Source: an uncultured SAR86 cluster bacterium (GTDB lineage: Bacteria > Pseudomonadota > Gammaproteobacteria > Magnimaribacterales > D2472). Taken from it: a DNA stretch of 64,000 nucleotides. Positions 40,445 to 49,655 of this stretch are shown one piece after another. The DNA is taken from the NCBI GenBank assembly GCA_902627055.1, contig CACOHS010000002.1, positions 4,380 through 68,379 of the forward strand. Direction: 5' to 3'. The first letter of the stretch is position 1, and the number at the start of each line of letters is the position of its first letter. The position numbers and the translations under genes were made by a program. Under the pieces are notes generated by a model. It was given only the letters and a program-made list of their open reading frames with translations. It had not been told where the DNA came from and did not search any database.

Positions 40445-41375
40445 AACTGCTAATCTTCTCATAAAATTCTTCATCGGTTACAGAAAAGTAATTTTCAAGT
40501 TTGTTTCCCTTGAATAAGCCTGACAACACTTTCCCTGGACCGCATTCAATGATTGGCAATTTCAATGTAGAAATAAAATTACATGTTTCTACCCATCTAA
40601 CTGGTGAGTGCAACTGTGATAAAAGAAGAGATGGAATATCTCTGGATGAAGTTGATGAATTGACTGATACATTATGGATAATATTAGTGTCCGGTATGCT
40701 GAATTTTACAGCTTCAAGAGTCTTTTGAAATTCATCTGTCACCGATAACATAAGCTTGCTATGTGATGCGATGCTCACATTAAGTTTTACAGCACGTTTT
40801 GCACCTTTTGCAGTACAAAGATCTTGAGCTCTTAACACCGCATCATCATGACCAGAAATGACTGTTTGATTCGGAGAGTTTAAATTTGCACATTGAACAT
40901 GGGAATTTTCACCCTGAGATGCAATTAAGCATATCTCATCAATAATATTATAATCGAGACCCATTATTGCTGACATGGAACCATTTGGTGCCGCTTCCAT
41001 CAACTCTCCTCGCTTTCTCACCAATTTTAAAGCTTCAGTAATTGATAATGAATTAGCAGCAACCAAAGCGGAATATTCTCCTAAAGAATGACCGGCTAAA
41101 TATAAAGGAGCAATATCAATTGTATTAACTAACTTATGGTAATGAAGATATGAACAAAGTACTAAAATAGGTTGTGTAATAGAAGTTCTATTTATTAATT
41201 CTTCAGGCCCTTCTTCAATTAATTTAATAACGTCATGGGCTATTAAATCACTACAGCACTCAAGAGCATGAGAATGTTCACTTGAATTAGCAATTTCAGA
41301 AATACCACCTCTGGATAACATAGATAGATGTTGCGAACCTTGACCTGGAAACGCTAAAAAAGCTGAAAAAGACAT
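40437..41375 (-). CDS. fabD: malonyl-CoA:ACP transacylase
   Basis: FPGQGSQ and GHSLGEYSA. Confidence 0.95.
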   Translation of the reverse strand: MSFSAFLAFPGQGSQHLSMLSRGGISEIANSSEHSHALECCSDLIAHDVIKLIEEGPEELINRTSITQPILVLCSYLHYHKLVNTIDIAPLYLAGHSLGEYSALVAANSLSITEALKLVRKRGELMEAAPNGSMSAIMGLDYNIIDEICLIASQGENSHVQCANLNSPNQTVISGHDDAVLRAQDLCTAKGAKRAVKLNVSIASHSKLMLSVTDEFQKTLEAVKFSIPDTNIIHNVSVNSSTSSRDIPSLLLSQLHSPVRWVETCNFISTLKLPIIECGPGKVLSGLFKGNKLENYFSVTDEEFYEKISSYE

Positions 41376-41377
41376 TC

Positions 41378-41590
41378 TTAGTCTTGTGTTGAGTTATCCT
41401 CTTCTTCTTTAACTGGCTTCCTCAAATCTTTGATAAGTCTGCCCTTATAAAAACCATCTGCAGTCATTTGATGGCGAAGATGTCTTTCTCCAGACACAGG
41501 ATCAGTCGATAAGGTAAGATCTTTAAGATGATCATGAGAACGGATCATCCCACGTTTTGATCTTGTTTTTTTACTTTTTTGTACTGCCAT
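41378..41590 (-). CDS. rpmF: 50S ribosomal protein L32 (with an acidic extension of about 13 aa at the C-terminus)
   Basis: [20 protein letters not shown]...[19 protein letters not shown]. Confidence 0.95.
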   Translation of the reverse strand: MAVQKSKKTRSKRGMIRSHDHLKDLTLSTDPVSGERHLRHQMTADGFYKGRLIKDLRKPVKEEEDNSTQD

Positions 41591-41623
41591 AATATTTTAA
41601 AAAAAGCATACTATCAGATTAAA

Positions 41624-42565
41624 TTAAGATTTAACAGTTAAATCACTTAGCTCGGTCATCAGTATATCAAATTCACTATTTATTGGCGCTTCATAGAAAA
41701 CAACTTGATTGTTTAAATCTTTAAAAGATATGGATTTAGCATGTAAAGCGAGACGACCGATCGATGTCTTGGAATAGATAAATTTGTTTAAGTCAAATAG
41801 ACCGTATTTTTTATCATTAACTATTGGATGATTAAAATTTGAGCTTTGAACTCTAATTTGATGCATTCTGCCAGTACTTATATGGACCTCAACATGAGTA
41901 AATGATTTAAATTTTTTTAAAATTTTAAACATTGACACCGCTTTTTTGCCATCAATTGATTCTGTAACTTTATGATGATTTTGTTTTGTCGATGTATCAA
42001 TTTTTGATTTTATCTTTATGTCTTTATCAAGAACACCAACCAAAATCGCTTCATATATTTTTTTAACTTTATTAGATTTAAGTTGTTTATTAAAATGTCT
42101 TAAAAATAATTTATTTTTTGCAATTAGCACACACCCGGAAGTAGATTTATCAATTCGATGACAAAGATCAAGATCTAATAACGGAAAATTAGCTCTAGCA
42201 ATATCTATAAGGCCAAATTGATTTTTTGTACCAGAGTGAACACTTAATTCAGGATCTTTATTTACTAAAATATAGTCATCATCTTCATAAATGATGGATG
42301 TTAAAAATTCTTGAATTCTTGAGGGTGGAATCTTTAAATTAGGTTTTTTGTATTTAAAATCAATTAAATATGGCGGTATTCTTATTTCATCATTGATCTT
42401 TAGTTTATATGCAGGTTTAATTCGACCAGAATTTACTCTTACTTCACCTTTTCTTAGCATGCTATATATTTTTGATTTAGGAAGATCTTTAAAGATATTA
42501 AGAAGGTAATTATCTATACGTCTTCCAGCATGATCGTTATCAATTTTTAGGTTTTTATCGCTCAT
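41624..42565 (-). CDS. rluC: 23S rRNA pseudouridine synthase, RluA family (RluC-like)
   Basis: S4 domain, the HRIDKSTSG catalytic motif, and divergent arrangement with rne as in E. coli. Confidence 0.88.
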   Translation of the reverse strand: MSDKNLKIDNDHAGRRIDNYLLNIFKDLPKSKIYSMLRKGEVRVNSGRIKPAYKLKINDEIRIPPYLIDFKYKKPNLKIPPSRIQEFLTSIIYEDDDYILVNKDPELSVHSGTKNQFGLIDIARANFPLLDLDLCHRIDKSTSGCVLIAKNKLFLRHFNKQLKSNKVKKIYEAILVGVLDKDIKIKSKIDTSTKQNHHKVTESIDGKKAVSMFKILKKFKSFTHVEVHISTGRMHQIRVQSSNFNHPIVNDKKYGLFDLNKFIYSKTSIGRLALHAKSISFKDLNNQVVFYEAPINSEFDILMTELSDLTVKS

Positions 42566-42829
42566 TGATGTAGAATATCGAAAATTAATAGTTTATATAC
42601 AAAAAGCTACTAGTAAAAATTTATTGATAGGAATCAATAAATATTGATTAATAAAGCTGCATGGCAGTAATGAGAAAGCTACTACAGCACAAGGGTGCTA
42701 TTAGAATAAGACAAGTTTTAAAATCTTCACAATTATAAGTGAAGTCAGTTAAAAGAGCTCCGCGGGATAAGACTCTAATAACTCAAAAAGCACTCGTGCT
42801 ATTCGCTTTCTCTGTATCGGAGAAAAAAA
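42566..42829 (+). promoter_or_regulatory. rne promoter and long 5' leader (largest non-coding stretch in the window)
   Basis: 264 nt containing several small hairpins: AGCAC-AAGG-GTGCT at 42686-42699, CTTCAC-N8-GTGAAG at 42725-42744, and AGCA-CTCG-TGCT at 42789-42800. There is also a TTATTGA/TCAATAA inverted repeat at 42621-42640. Confidence 0.5.
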
Positions 42830-44863
42830 ATGAAAAGAATTCTAATAAATTGCTCATATTCAGATGAACTTCGTGTTGCATTAGTTGATGGGGCAAAACT
42901 CTTTGACCTTGATAATGAATTCAATAATCAATCACTTTTTAAAGGTAGTATATTTAAAGCTACAGTTTCAAGAGTTGAAACAAGTTTGGATGCTGCTTTT
43001 GTTAATTTCGGCAGTGAAAGGCATGGATTCCTTCCTTTGAAGGAATTATCAAATGAATATTTTACGAAGGATTCAGAAGGTAAAAAAAAGTGTACTCTCA
43101 AAGAAGGTGACGAAATTCTCATACAAGTCCTAAAGGAAGAAAGGGGCACTAAAGGCGCAGCTCTTTCGAATCAGATATCTCTTGCAGGAAGATTTATAGT
43201 TTTAATTCCAAATTCTGAAAAATCTGGCGGCGTTTCTAGAAGAATTTCAGGCGAAGAAAGAGATGAAATTAAAAATGCTTTAAATGCTTTGCAAATTCCA
43301 GAGGGCATGAGCGTTATCGTTAGAACAGCTGGATTAGGAAGATCAACTGATGAATTAAAATGGGATTTAGACTATCTAATGAATTTATGGGAACAAATAA
43401 AATCTTCAATTGCTGATGCGCCAAGTCCAAGCTTGATCTACAAAGATGATAAGTTAATTTTAAGAGTATTTAGAGATTATTTCAGAGATGACATACAAGA
43501 AATTCTTATTGATGATGAGTCAGTACATGCAGAAGCCTTAGATTTTGCAAAATCTGTTATTCCGGATCATGCAGATAAAGTAATTTTCTACAATGAAGAA
43601 ATACCATTATTCAATAGGTATCAAATAGAAAGTCAAATTGAATTAGCTTTTCAGCGAGAAATATCATTACCATCTGGTGGATCTATTGTCATAGACCCTA
43701 CCGAGGCAATGGTGTCTATAGATGTTAACTCAGCACGGTCAACAAAAGGAAAGGACATAGAATCAACAGCTTTTGCAACAAATATGGAAGCAGCTAAGGA
43801 AATTGCAAGACAATTAAGACTGAGAGATTTGGGCGGTCTTATAGTTATAGATTTTATTGATATGCAGGATGAAAAAAATCAACAAAAAGTTGAAAATACA
43901 TTTAGATCAGCGGTTCAGTCCGATAGAGCTAGAATTCAAATTGCTGGGATATCTAGATTTGGTTTATTAGAATTATCTAGACAAAGATTAAGGCCTTCAC
44001 TAGAGGAGACTTATGACATTCAGCATGTTCAAGTGCGAGGCACTAGATCACTAGGCCAATCAATTTTAAGAATAATTAGTGAAGATGCAGCAAAAGAAAA
44101 TACTGGAGAAATACACGTTTATGTTCCGGCAGATGTTTCGAGCTATTTATTAAATGAAAAAAGAAGAGATATTATTTCAATTGAAAATACCTACCAGGTA
44201 AACATTTTAATTATTGCAGATCCATATAAATCCAGACCATATTATAAAGTGGCACGTGTAAAAGGTGCTTCTGGAAAAAAACCATTTTCATATGATATGA
44301 CGCCAAATAGTCCTGAGCCCTCAATGGATTGGCGTGACTCTAATTCAACAAAAAGGGTCTTGAAACCTCTTGTAAAAGTATCTGTGCCTCCTCGAATGCC
44401 AAAATCTAAAAATAGATTTTTTGCATTTATCAAATCTGTTCTCACTTTGTCAATATTTTTTGGGGTCTTTAAATCTAAAAAGAAAAAAAGCACAAAAAAA
44501 AGAAGAAATAGAAACCATAAAAAGAATCAATCCAGAGTTAATAAAGGAAATAAAAATCAAAATAATAGAAATACCAGAGCCAACAACAAGGGAAGGAATT
44601 CAAATTCAAAAAATATAAGTAACAAAAAGCATTCTAAACAACTAGTCACACCTCAAAAAAAATCACAAGACGAGCATTCTAATAAAAATAAAACTAAAAA
44701 TGATCGTAAAGTTGCTATGGAAGTCGATGGCAGTAAATTAAATCCACAAGATTCTCAAGCATCAATCCCAGCAACCACTCCTGCACCAACTCCGGCTCAA
44801 TCTTCAACATCAAATGTTAAGCCTACTAGAGCTTTAAATGATCCTCGATATAAGAACGAATGA
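42830..44863 (+). CDS. rne: ribonuclease E (short form, 677 aa)
   Basis: S1 domain, IDVNSARSTKG, VIDFIDM, LSRQRLRPSL and a membrane-targeting-like RFFAFIKSVL helix, followed by a Lys/Asn/Arg-rich tail. Confidence 0.92.
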   Translation: MKRILINCSYSDELRVALVDGAKLFDLDNEFNNQSLFKGSIFKATVSRVETSLDAAFVNFGSERHGFLPLKELSNEYFTKDSEGKKKCTLKEGDEILIQVLKEERGTKGAALSNQISLAGRFIVLIPNSEKSGGVSRRISGEERDEIKNALNALQIPEGMSVIVRTAGLGRSTDELKWDLDYLMNLWEQIKSSIADAPSPSLIYKDDKLILRVFRDYFRDDIQEILIDDESVHAEALDFAKSVIPDHADKVIFYNEEIPLFNRYQIESQIELAFQREISLPSGGSIVIDPTEAMVSIDVNSARSTKGKDIESTAFATNMEAAKEIARQLRLRDLGGLIVIDFIDMQDEKNQQKVENTFRSAVQSDRARIQIAGISRFGLLELSRQRLRPSLEETYDIQHVQVRGTRSLGQSILRIISEDAAKENTGEIHVYVPADVSSYLLNEKRRDIISIENTYQVNILIIADPYKSRPYYKVARVKGASGKKPFSYDMTPNSPEPSMDWRDSNSTKRVLKPLVKVSVPPRMPKSKNRFFAFIKSVLTLSIFFGVFKSKKKKSTKKRRNRNHKKNQSRVNKGNKNQNNRNTRANNKGRNSNSKNISNKKHSKQLVTPQKKSQDEHSNKNKTKNDRKVAMEVDGSKLNPQDSQASIPATTPAPTPAQSSTSNVKPTRALNDPRYKNE

Positions 44864-45653
44864 GTTGTCCTGAAATTGATGTATCTGGAGGAATATTTGG
44901 TAATTCCTTTATGTTAAACCATTGAGCATCCTCTAATTCTTTGTCATTAAGAACAATTTCTCCTTTCTGATATTTGCATTTATAACCAAGCATGAGTTGT
45001 GAGGGAAATGGCCATGATTGAGAAGAATGATATTCAATTTGTGAAACCTCTACATTAACTTCTTCTGATACCTCTCTAATCAATGCTTGTTCAGCACTCT
45101 CTCCTGCTTCAATAAAACCTGCAAGGGTACTGTACATGTTTTCTGGAAAAAACTTACTTCTCCCAAGCAAAATTCTTTCTTCGTCATGAATTAAAGTAAT
45201 AATACAAGGAGAAATTGAGGGATAATTAAGAGCATTTTTACATTCACATCCAAAAGCGCCCTCTTCTAGATCAAATTTATTAATATTTCCACAATAATTA
45301 CAATAACTATTTTTTATATGCCAATTATTTAAAATAGAAGCTCTTGAGGCTATCAAAAAACTTTCAGTATCAAGAAAAGCTAATATATGTATTAAATCAA
45401 TGAAATTTGTTGTATCAGGATTCATAAATATCCCTAAAATTTCAACTTTAGATTCTATATTTATAACGTAAATATAACGATCATTAACTTTTGCTATGGC
45501 TAAAAAAGGACCGTTAATTTCTATTAAATTTAAATCTTTTGGATCAAAAATATAAGATTTTTCGCTCTGATCATATAAAATTTTGTTTTCACAAAATATA
45601 ATTAAACTAGTGTCTTCATTTATACTTTCATGAAGTGTTCTTATTAATTTCAT
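44826..45653 (-). CDS. nudC: NAD+ diphosphatase (NADH pyrophosphatase)
   Basis: Zinc ribbon CNYCG...CECKN, Nudix box GFIEAGESAEQALIREVSEEVNV, and SQSWPFPSQLMLGY. Confidence 0.88.
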   Translation of the reverse strand: MKLIRTLHESINEDTSLIIFCENKILYDQSEKSYIFDPKDLNLIEINGPFLAIAKVNDRYIYVINIESKVEILGIFMNPDTTNFIDLIHILAFLDTESFLIASRASILNNWHIKNSYCNYCGNINKFDLEEGAFGCECKNALNYPSISPCIITLIHDEERILLGRSKFFPENMYSTLAGFIEAGESAEQALIREVSEEVNVEVSQIEYHSSQSWPFPSQLMLGYKCKYQKGEIVLNDKELEDAQWFNIKELPNIPPDTSISGQLIRSYIEDHLKL

Positions 45654-45665
45654 TAGGTCTTTAAC

Positions 45666-47177
45666 ATGATAAATAATTTATACAAAATGTTCCTAGGTGA
45701 TTCTCCTGCTTGGTATAAGAATACCATCATAGCTTTTTTAATCATTAATCCTATTGCTTTATTTACATTGACCTTTGCCGGAATAAATGGAATGTTCATT
45801 GTAGGATGGATGATTCTATTAGAATTTATTTTCACACTTGCCCTAGCTCTTAAGTGTTATCCACTGCAGCCAGGTGGATTGATAGCAATTCAGGCTTTAT
45901 TTCTAGGACTAACAACCCCTTATACACTCTTATATGAGATTGAACATAATCTTGAGGTTATTTTACTGTTAATTTTTATGGTCGCTGGTATCTACTTCAT
46001 GAAAAATTTAATGCTTACCATTTTCACAAAATTGCTTCTTACAATTGAATCAAAGGTAACTCTATCTTTAATGTTTTGTTTTGTCTCGGCCTTTTTATCA
46101 GCTTTTTTAGACGCTCTAACTGTAACAGCGGTTTTAATAGCTGTCGCCGTAGGTTTTTATAGAATTTTTCATCTTGCAAACTCAGGGCTAGAATTTTCAT
46201 CAAATGATCATGATTATTACAACGACTCGTCATTATCTGAGGCTGGAATAGAGGATTTAGAAAAATTTAAAGCTTTTATGAGAGACCTAATCATGCATGG
46301 AGTAGTTGGAACTGCTTTAGGAGGAGTTTGTACTATTGTTGGCGAACCTCAAAATTTATTAATTGCCAATGTGGCAGGTTGGGAGTTTATTGAATTTATG
46401 GTCAAGATGTCACCAATAACAATACCTGTCTTTATCGCTGGAATGATAACTTGTTTCGGAATCGAAAAGTTACATATATTTGGTTTTGGTAATCAATTGC
46501 CAGAACGAATTAAAAATATTTTCCATGATTATAATAATTATGAAATTTCTCAAAGAACTGCCATTACCAAAATGGAGTTGTATGTTGAAATGTTAGTCGG
46601 TGTATTTTTGATCATAGCTCTTGCTCTTCATCTCGCTGCTGTTGGAATTATTGGATTGGGAGTGATAATACTTTTAACATCATTTAAAGGTATAACTCAT
46701 GAACATGATTTAGGTGATGCTTTTAAAGAGGCGCTGCCTTTCACAGCATTATTAGTTGTATTTTTTGGAGTTGTAAGTGTTATCGCTGATCAAGAATTAT
46801 TTACTCCGATAATTTCTTATGTGCTAGCTCAAGATGCTAATAGCCAAGCGCCCATATTCTTTGTTGCCAACGGAGTACTATCAGCAATAAGTGACAATGT
46901 ATTTGTTGCAACAATTTATATTAATGAAATCAAAGATGCTTTAGATATGAATGTTATTTCCAGAGATCAGTTTGATAAATTAGCGATAGCTATTAATACT
47001 GGTACAAATATACCCAGTATTGCCACTCCAAATGGCCAAGCTGCTTTTCTTTTCTTATTGACGTCTTCACTGGCACCACTCATAAATCTCTCATACATGA
47101 GAATGGTTATTATGGCTTTGCCATACACGATTGTTCTGAGTATAGTTGGATTCATATCAGTGGTTAATTTTTTGTAA
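45666..47177 (+). CDS. nhaB: Na+/H+ antiporter NhaB
   Basis: N-terminus [21 protein letters not shown] and a roughly 500-aa polytopic protein typical of NhaB. Confidence 0.9.
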   Translation: MINNLYKMFLGDSPAWYKNTIIAFLIINPIALFTLTFAGINGMFIVGWMILLEFIFTLALALKCYPLQPGGLIAIQALFLGLTTPYTLLYEIEHNLEVILLLIFMVAGIYFMKNLMLTIFTKLLLTIESKVTLSLMFCFVSAFLSAFLDALTVTAVLIAVAVGFYRIFHLANSGLEFSSNDHDYYNDSSLSEAGIEDLEKFKAFMRDLIMHGVVGTALGGVCTIVGEPQNLLIANVAGWEFIEFMVKMSPITIPVFIAGMITCFGIEKLHIFGFGNQLPERIKNIFHDYNNYEISQRTAITKMELYVEMLVGVFLIIALALHLAAVGIIGLGVIILLTSFKGITHEHDLGDAFKEALPFTALLVVFFGVVSVIADQELFTPIISYVLAQDANSQAPIFFVANGVLSAISDNVFVATIYINEIKDALDMNVISRDQFDKLAIAINTGTNIPSIATPNGQAAFLFLLTSSLAPLINLSYMRMVIMALPYTIVLSIVGFISVVNFL

Positions 47178-47181
47178 AAAA

Positions 47182-48144
47182 ATGTCCCATAGCCACAAAT
47201 TTTGCATTGCTCCGATGATGCAATGCACTGATATACATGATCGATATTTATTTAGATTAATTACTAAAAAAGCATTTCTATATACAGAAATGGTGACAAC
47301 TGGAGCGATCATTCATGGTAAATGTTTTAATCAGTTAAATTTTAATAATGAAATAGAGCATCCTGTTGCTATTCAACTGGGAGGATCAGATCCAAACGAT
47401 TTGTCTGAATGTGCAAAAATTTGTGAGGAACTTGGATATGATGAAATTAATTTGAATGTTGGATGCCCATCTGAAAGAGTTCAAAAAGGGTCTTTTGGAG
47501 CATGTCTTATGGAAGATCCAAAGCTTGTTGATGACTGTATCCAAGCCATGCAACAAGTTGTCTCAATTCCAATAACTGTTAAATGCAGGATTGGAATTAA
47601 TGAAAGAGACGATATAGATTTTTTAAATCATTTTGTATCAAAAATTTTTAATCCAAATCTTAAAACATTAATTGTGCATGCTAGAGTTGCAATTTTAAAA
47701 GGTTTAACTCCAAGACAAAATAGGCAAATCCCTCCATTAAAATACGAGAATGTTTATCAACTTGTAGATGAGTTTCCTGATCTTGAAATTATTTTAAATG
47801 GAGGAATAAAAGATATTGATGAATCTATCAAGCATTTAAAAAAAGTTCATGGCGTTATGCTTGGCAGAAGCCCTTATGATAATCCTATGATTGTTAGTAA
47901 TGTTGATTCTAAAATTTTTAATGAATCCGATATTGGAAATGATAGAAAAGCAATTCTCAAACAATACCTAGATTATTGCATTGATCAAGCTCATGAAGGT
48001 CAACCCTATTCAAGAACTCTAAAACATGTATTTGGTCTTAATAGAGGTCTAAAAAATGCGAAATCATTTAGATCTTTAATTCTTAGAACAATACAAGAAA
48101 AAAATTTAGAAATTACAAAAGATGAGTTAATTTCAATGGTATGA
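47182..48144 (+). CDS. dusA: tRNA dihydrouridine(20/20a) synthase
   Basis: FCIAPMMQCTD and NVGCPSERVQKG. I prefer the ATG at 47182, just after the nhaB stop. Confidence 0.9.
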   Translation: MSHSHKFCIAPMMQCTDIHDRYLFRLITKKAFLYTEMVTTGAIIHGKCFNQLNFNNEIEHPVAIQLGGSDPNDLSECAKICEELGYDEINLNVGCPSERVQKGSFGACLMEDPKLVDDCIQAMQQVVSIPITVKCRIGINERDDIDFLNHFVSKIFNPNLKTLIVHARVAILKGLTPRQNRQIPPLKYENVYQLVDEFPDLEIILNGGIKDIDESIKHLKKVHGVMLGRSPYDNPMIVSNVDSKIFNESDIGNDRKAILKQYLDYCIDQAHEGQPYSRTLKHVFGLNRGLKNAKSFRSLILRTIQEKNLEITKDELISMV

Positions 48145-48146
48145 AT

Positions 48147-48854
48147 TTAATCTAATAAAAAGTCATCCATGTCATCTACAAAATCATCTGATTGATCCTG
48201 TCCGTCGCTGGACTCAAAATCTAAATATTGCATGTAAGAGTCTCTTATAAATGAATATCGGTCTCCGACAATAAGAGTTTCTACTTCTAAATACCTTGCT
48301 CTGGTTTCCAAAGCATCAAGAGCCGTAATACCAATTCTTACATCTGTTTCCTCAATAGCAAAAGTACCTGTTAATACTGAGCTAACGCTTCTTCCTGCAA
48401 GACTTCTCGGTGTAGACGGCCCATAAAGCGGTATCATCAAAAAAGGTCCTTTACTCACTCCCCAAGCTCCCAAGGTTTGGCCAAAATCTTCATCGTGTCT
48501 TTCTAGTCCAAGTTTTGATGCAATATCAATAAAACCTAATATGCCAACAGATGTGTTTATTATAAAACGTGCAAAATCATTCATTGCATATACAGGCTTA
48601 CCTTGTAGTAACTGATTTGCAGTATTATCAAGCTCATTAATATTTCTAAAGAAATTTGTTATTCCGATTTCAATAAAATCAGGTGTGATGCTTGTATAAA
48701 TTTCTGCAGTAGGTTTTGCAATATTATCATCTAGATATTCATTGAAGGTCCAAATCTTCCTGTTAATATCCTCAAATGGATCTTGAGTTGCCTCAACATT
48801 CAAACTGATAAACATTACCATGAGGCATGTATAAATATATCTCAGATAATTCAT
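48147..48854 (-). CDS. mlaA: MlaA/VacJ family lipoprotein
   Basis: DPFEDINRKIWTFNEYLD and the GPFLMIPLYGPST blocks. Confidence 0.85.
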   Translation of the reverse strand: MNYLRYIYTCLMVMFISLNVEATQDPFEDINRKIWTFNEYLDDNIAKPTAEIYTSITPDFIEIGITNFFRNINELDNTANQLLQGKPVYAMNDFARFIINTSVGILGFIDIASKLGLERHDEDFGQTLGAWGVSKGPFLMIPLYGPSTPRSLAGRSVSSVLTGTFAIEETDVRIGITALDALETRARYLEVETLIVGDRYSFIRDSYMQYLDFESSDGQDQSDDFVDDMDDFLLD

Positions 48855-49567
48855 AATTTTGCCTTCAAATTATTATAAATTGTTTCAAGTAAATTATTTT
48901 TTTTGGTAATATCAAAATCTGCTAAATCTTCATGCCTAGGGATGCATCCTAAAAGATCACAACCAATTTCATGCTCAAGATTTATTTGGCTAAATTCATG
49001 TGTTTGATTTTTAGTTTTTGAACAAATAGAGTGCGACATGTTATCAATAATTCCTACAATTGGAATATTTAATCGATCAAACATAGCTTTAGATTTTAGA
49101 GTATCGTGAACGGCAAGTTTACTCATTGTTGTTATAAGCAAAGCGTGATCAGGCTTGATGTCGGAGGCAACAGTTAGATAGGCATCTCCAGTGCCTGGAG
49201 GCATATCGACAAACAAATAATCTAAATCTCCCCATTGAGTCAAATTCTTTAACTGTTTAATAGCACCACTTAACATCGGTCCTCTCCACATTGCTGCTTT
49301 GTCTGCGTCAATAACAAATCCCATGCTATTTAGTAAGATATTATCAACTTTAATGGGCATAAATATTTTTTTTCCTCCAATAGTTTTTACTTTAGGTTTT
49401 TGATTTGTAACATTGAAAATTAAATGTTGGTTTGGTCCATAGATATCTGCATCTAATATCCCTACTTTATGATGTGTAGAAAATTGCAAAGCAAGATTTG
49501 CACATATAGTCGACTTTCCAACACCACCTTTTGCTGATGCAATAGCAATTATTTTTTTGATACCCAT
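48851..49567 (-). CDS. apbC: Mrp/ApbC/NBP35-family P-loop ATPase, short form with a degenerate CxxC
   Basis: Deviant Walker A SAKGGVGKST and DMPPGTGD. DNMSHSICSKT sits where ENMSxxxCxxCG is expected. Divergent from metG, as mrp is in E. coli. Confidence 0.8.
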   Translation of the reverse strand: MGIKKIIAIASAKGGVGKSTICANLALQFSTHHKVGILDADIYGPNQHLIFNVTNQKPKVKTIGGKKIFMPIKVDNILLNSMGFVIDADKAAMWRGPMLSGAIKQLKNLTQWGDLDYLFVDMPPGTGDAYLTVASDIKPDHALLITTMSKLAVHDTLKSKAMFDRLNIPIVGIIDNMSHSICSKTKNQTHEFSQINLEHEIGCDLLGCIPRHEDLADFDITKKNNLLETIYNNLKAKL

Positions 49568-49655
49568 TGATATAATATTTTGACTTATAATACTCGATTA
49601 AAAATATTAGGTCTTAAAAATAAATAAAAAAAGAAAAATTATCGTCACAAATGCC

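Noticed and set aside
42603-42684. A 10-nt direct repeat, AAAGCTACTA, occurs twice in the rne leader.
   Set aside because: The repeat is short, has only two copies and no obvious symmetry. I treat it as part of the leader description, not as a separate element.
44421-44618. A 65-aa alternative-frame ORF lies within the rne tail, and ORF 44242..44493 lies antisense to it.
   Set aside because: Both arise from the A-rich low-complexity region that encodes the Lys/Asn tail of RNase E. Neither has independent support.
45653-45835. A 60-aa minus-strand ORF overlaps the nhaB 5' end.
   Set aside because: The plus-strand frame encodes the highly conserved NhaB N-terminus ([10 protein letters not shown]...). 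The minus-strand ORF has no supporting features.
49651-49653. An ATG at 49651 lies just upstream of the metG TTG and might be the real start via a frameshift.
   Set aside because: It is in a different frame from the conserved KKRKIIVTNALPYANG translation, so using it would require a +1/-1 shift within a few codons. A near-cognate start or a homopolymer error is the simpler explanation (see findings).
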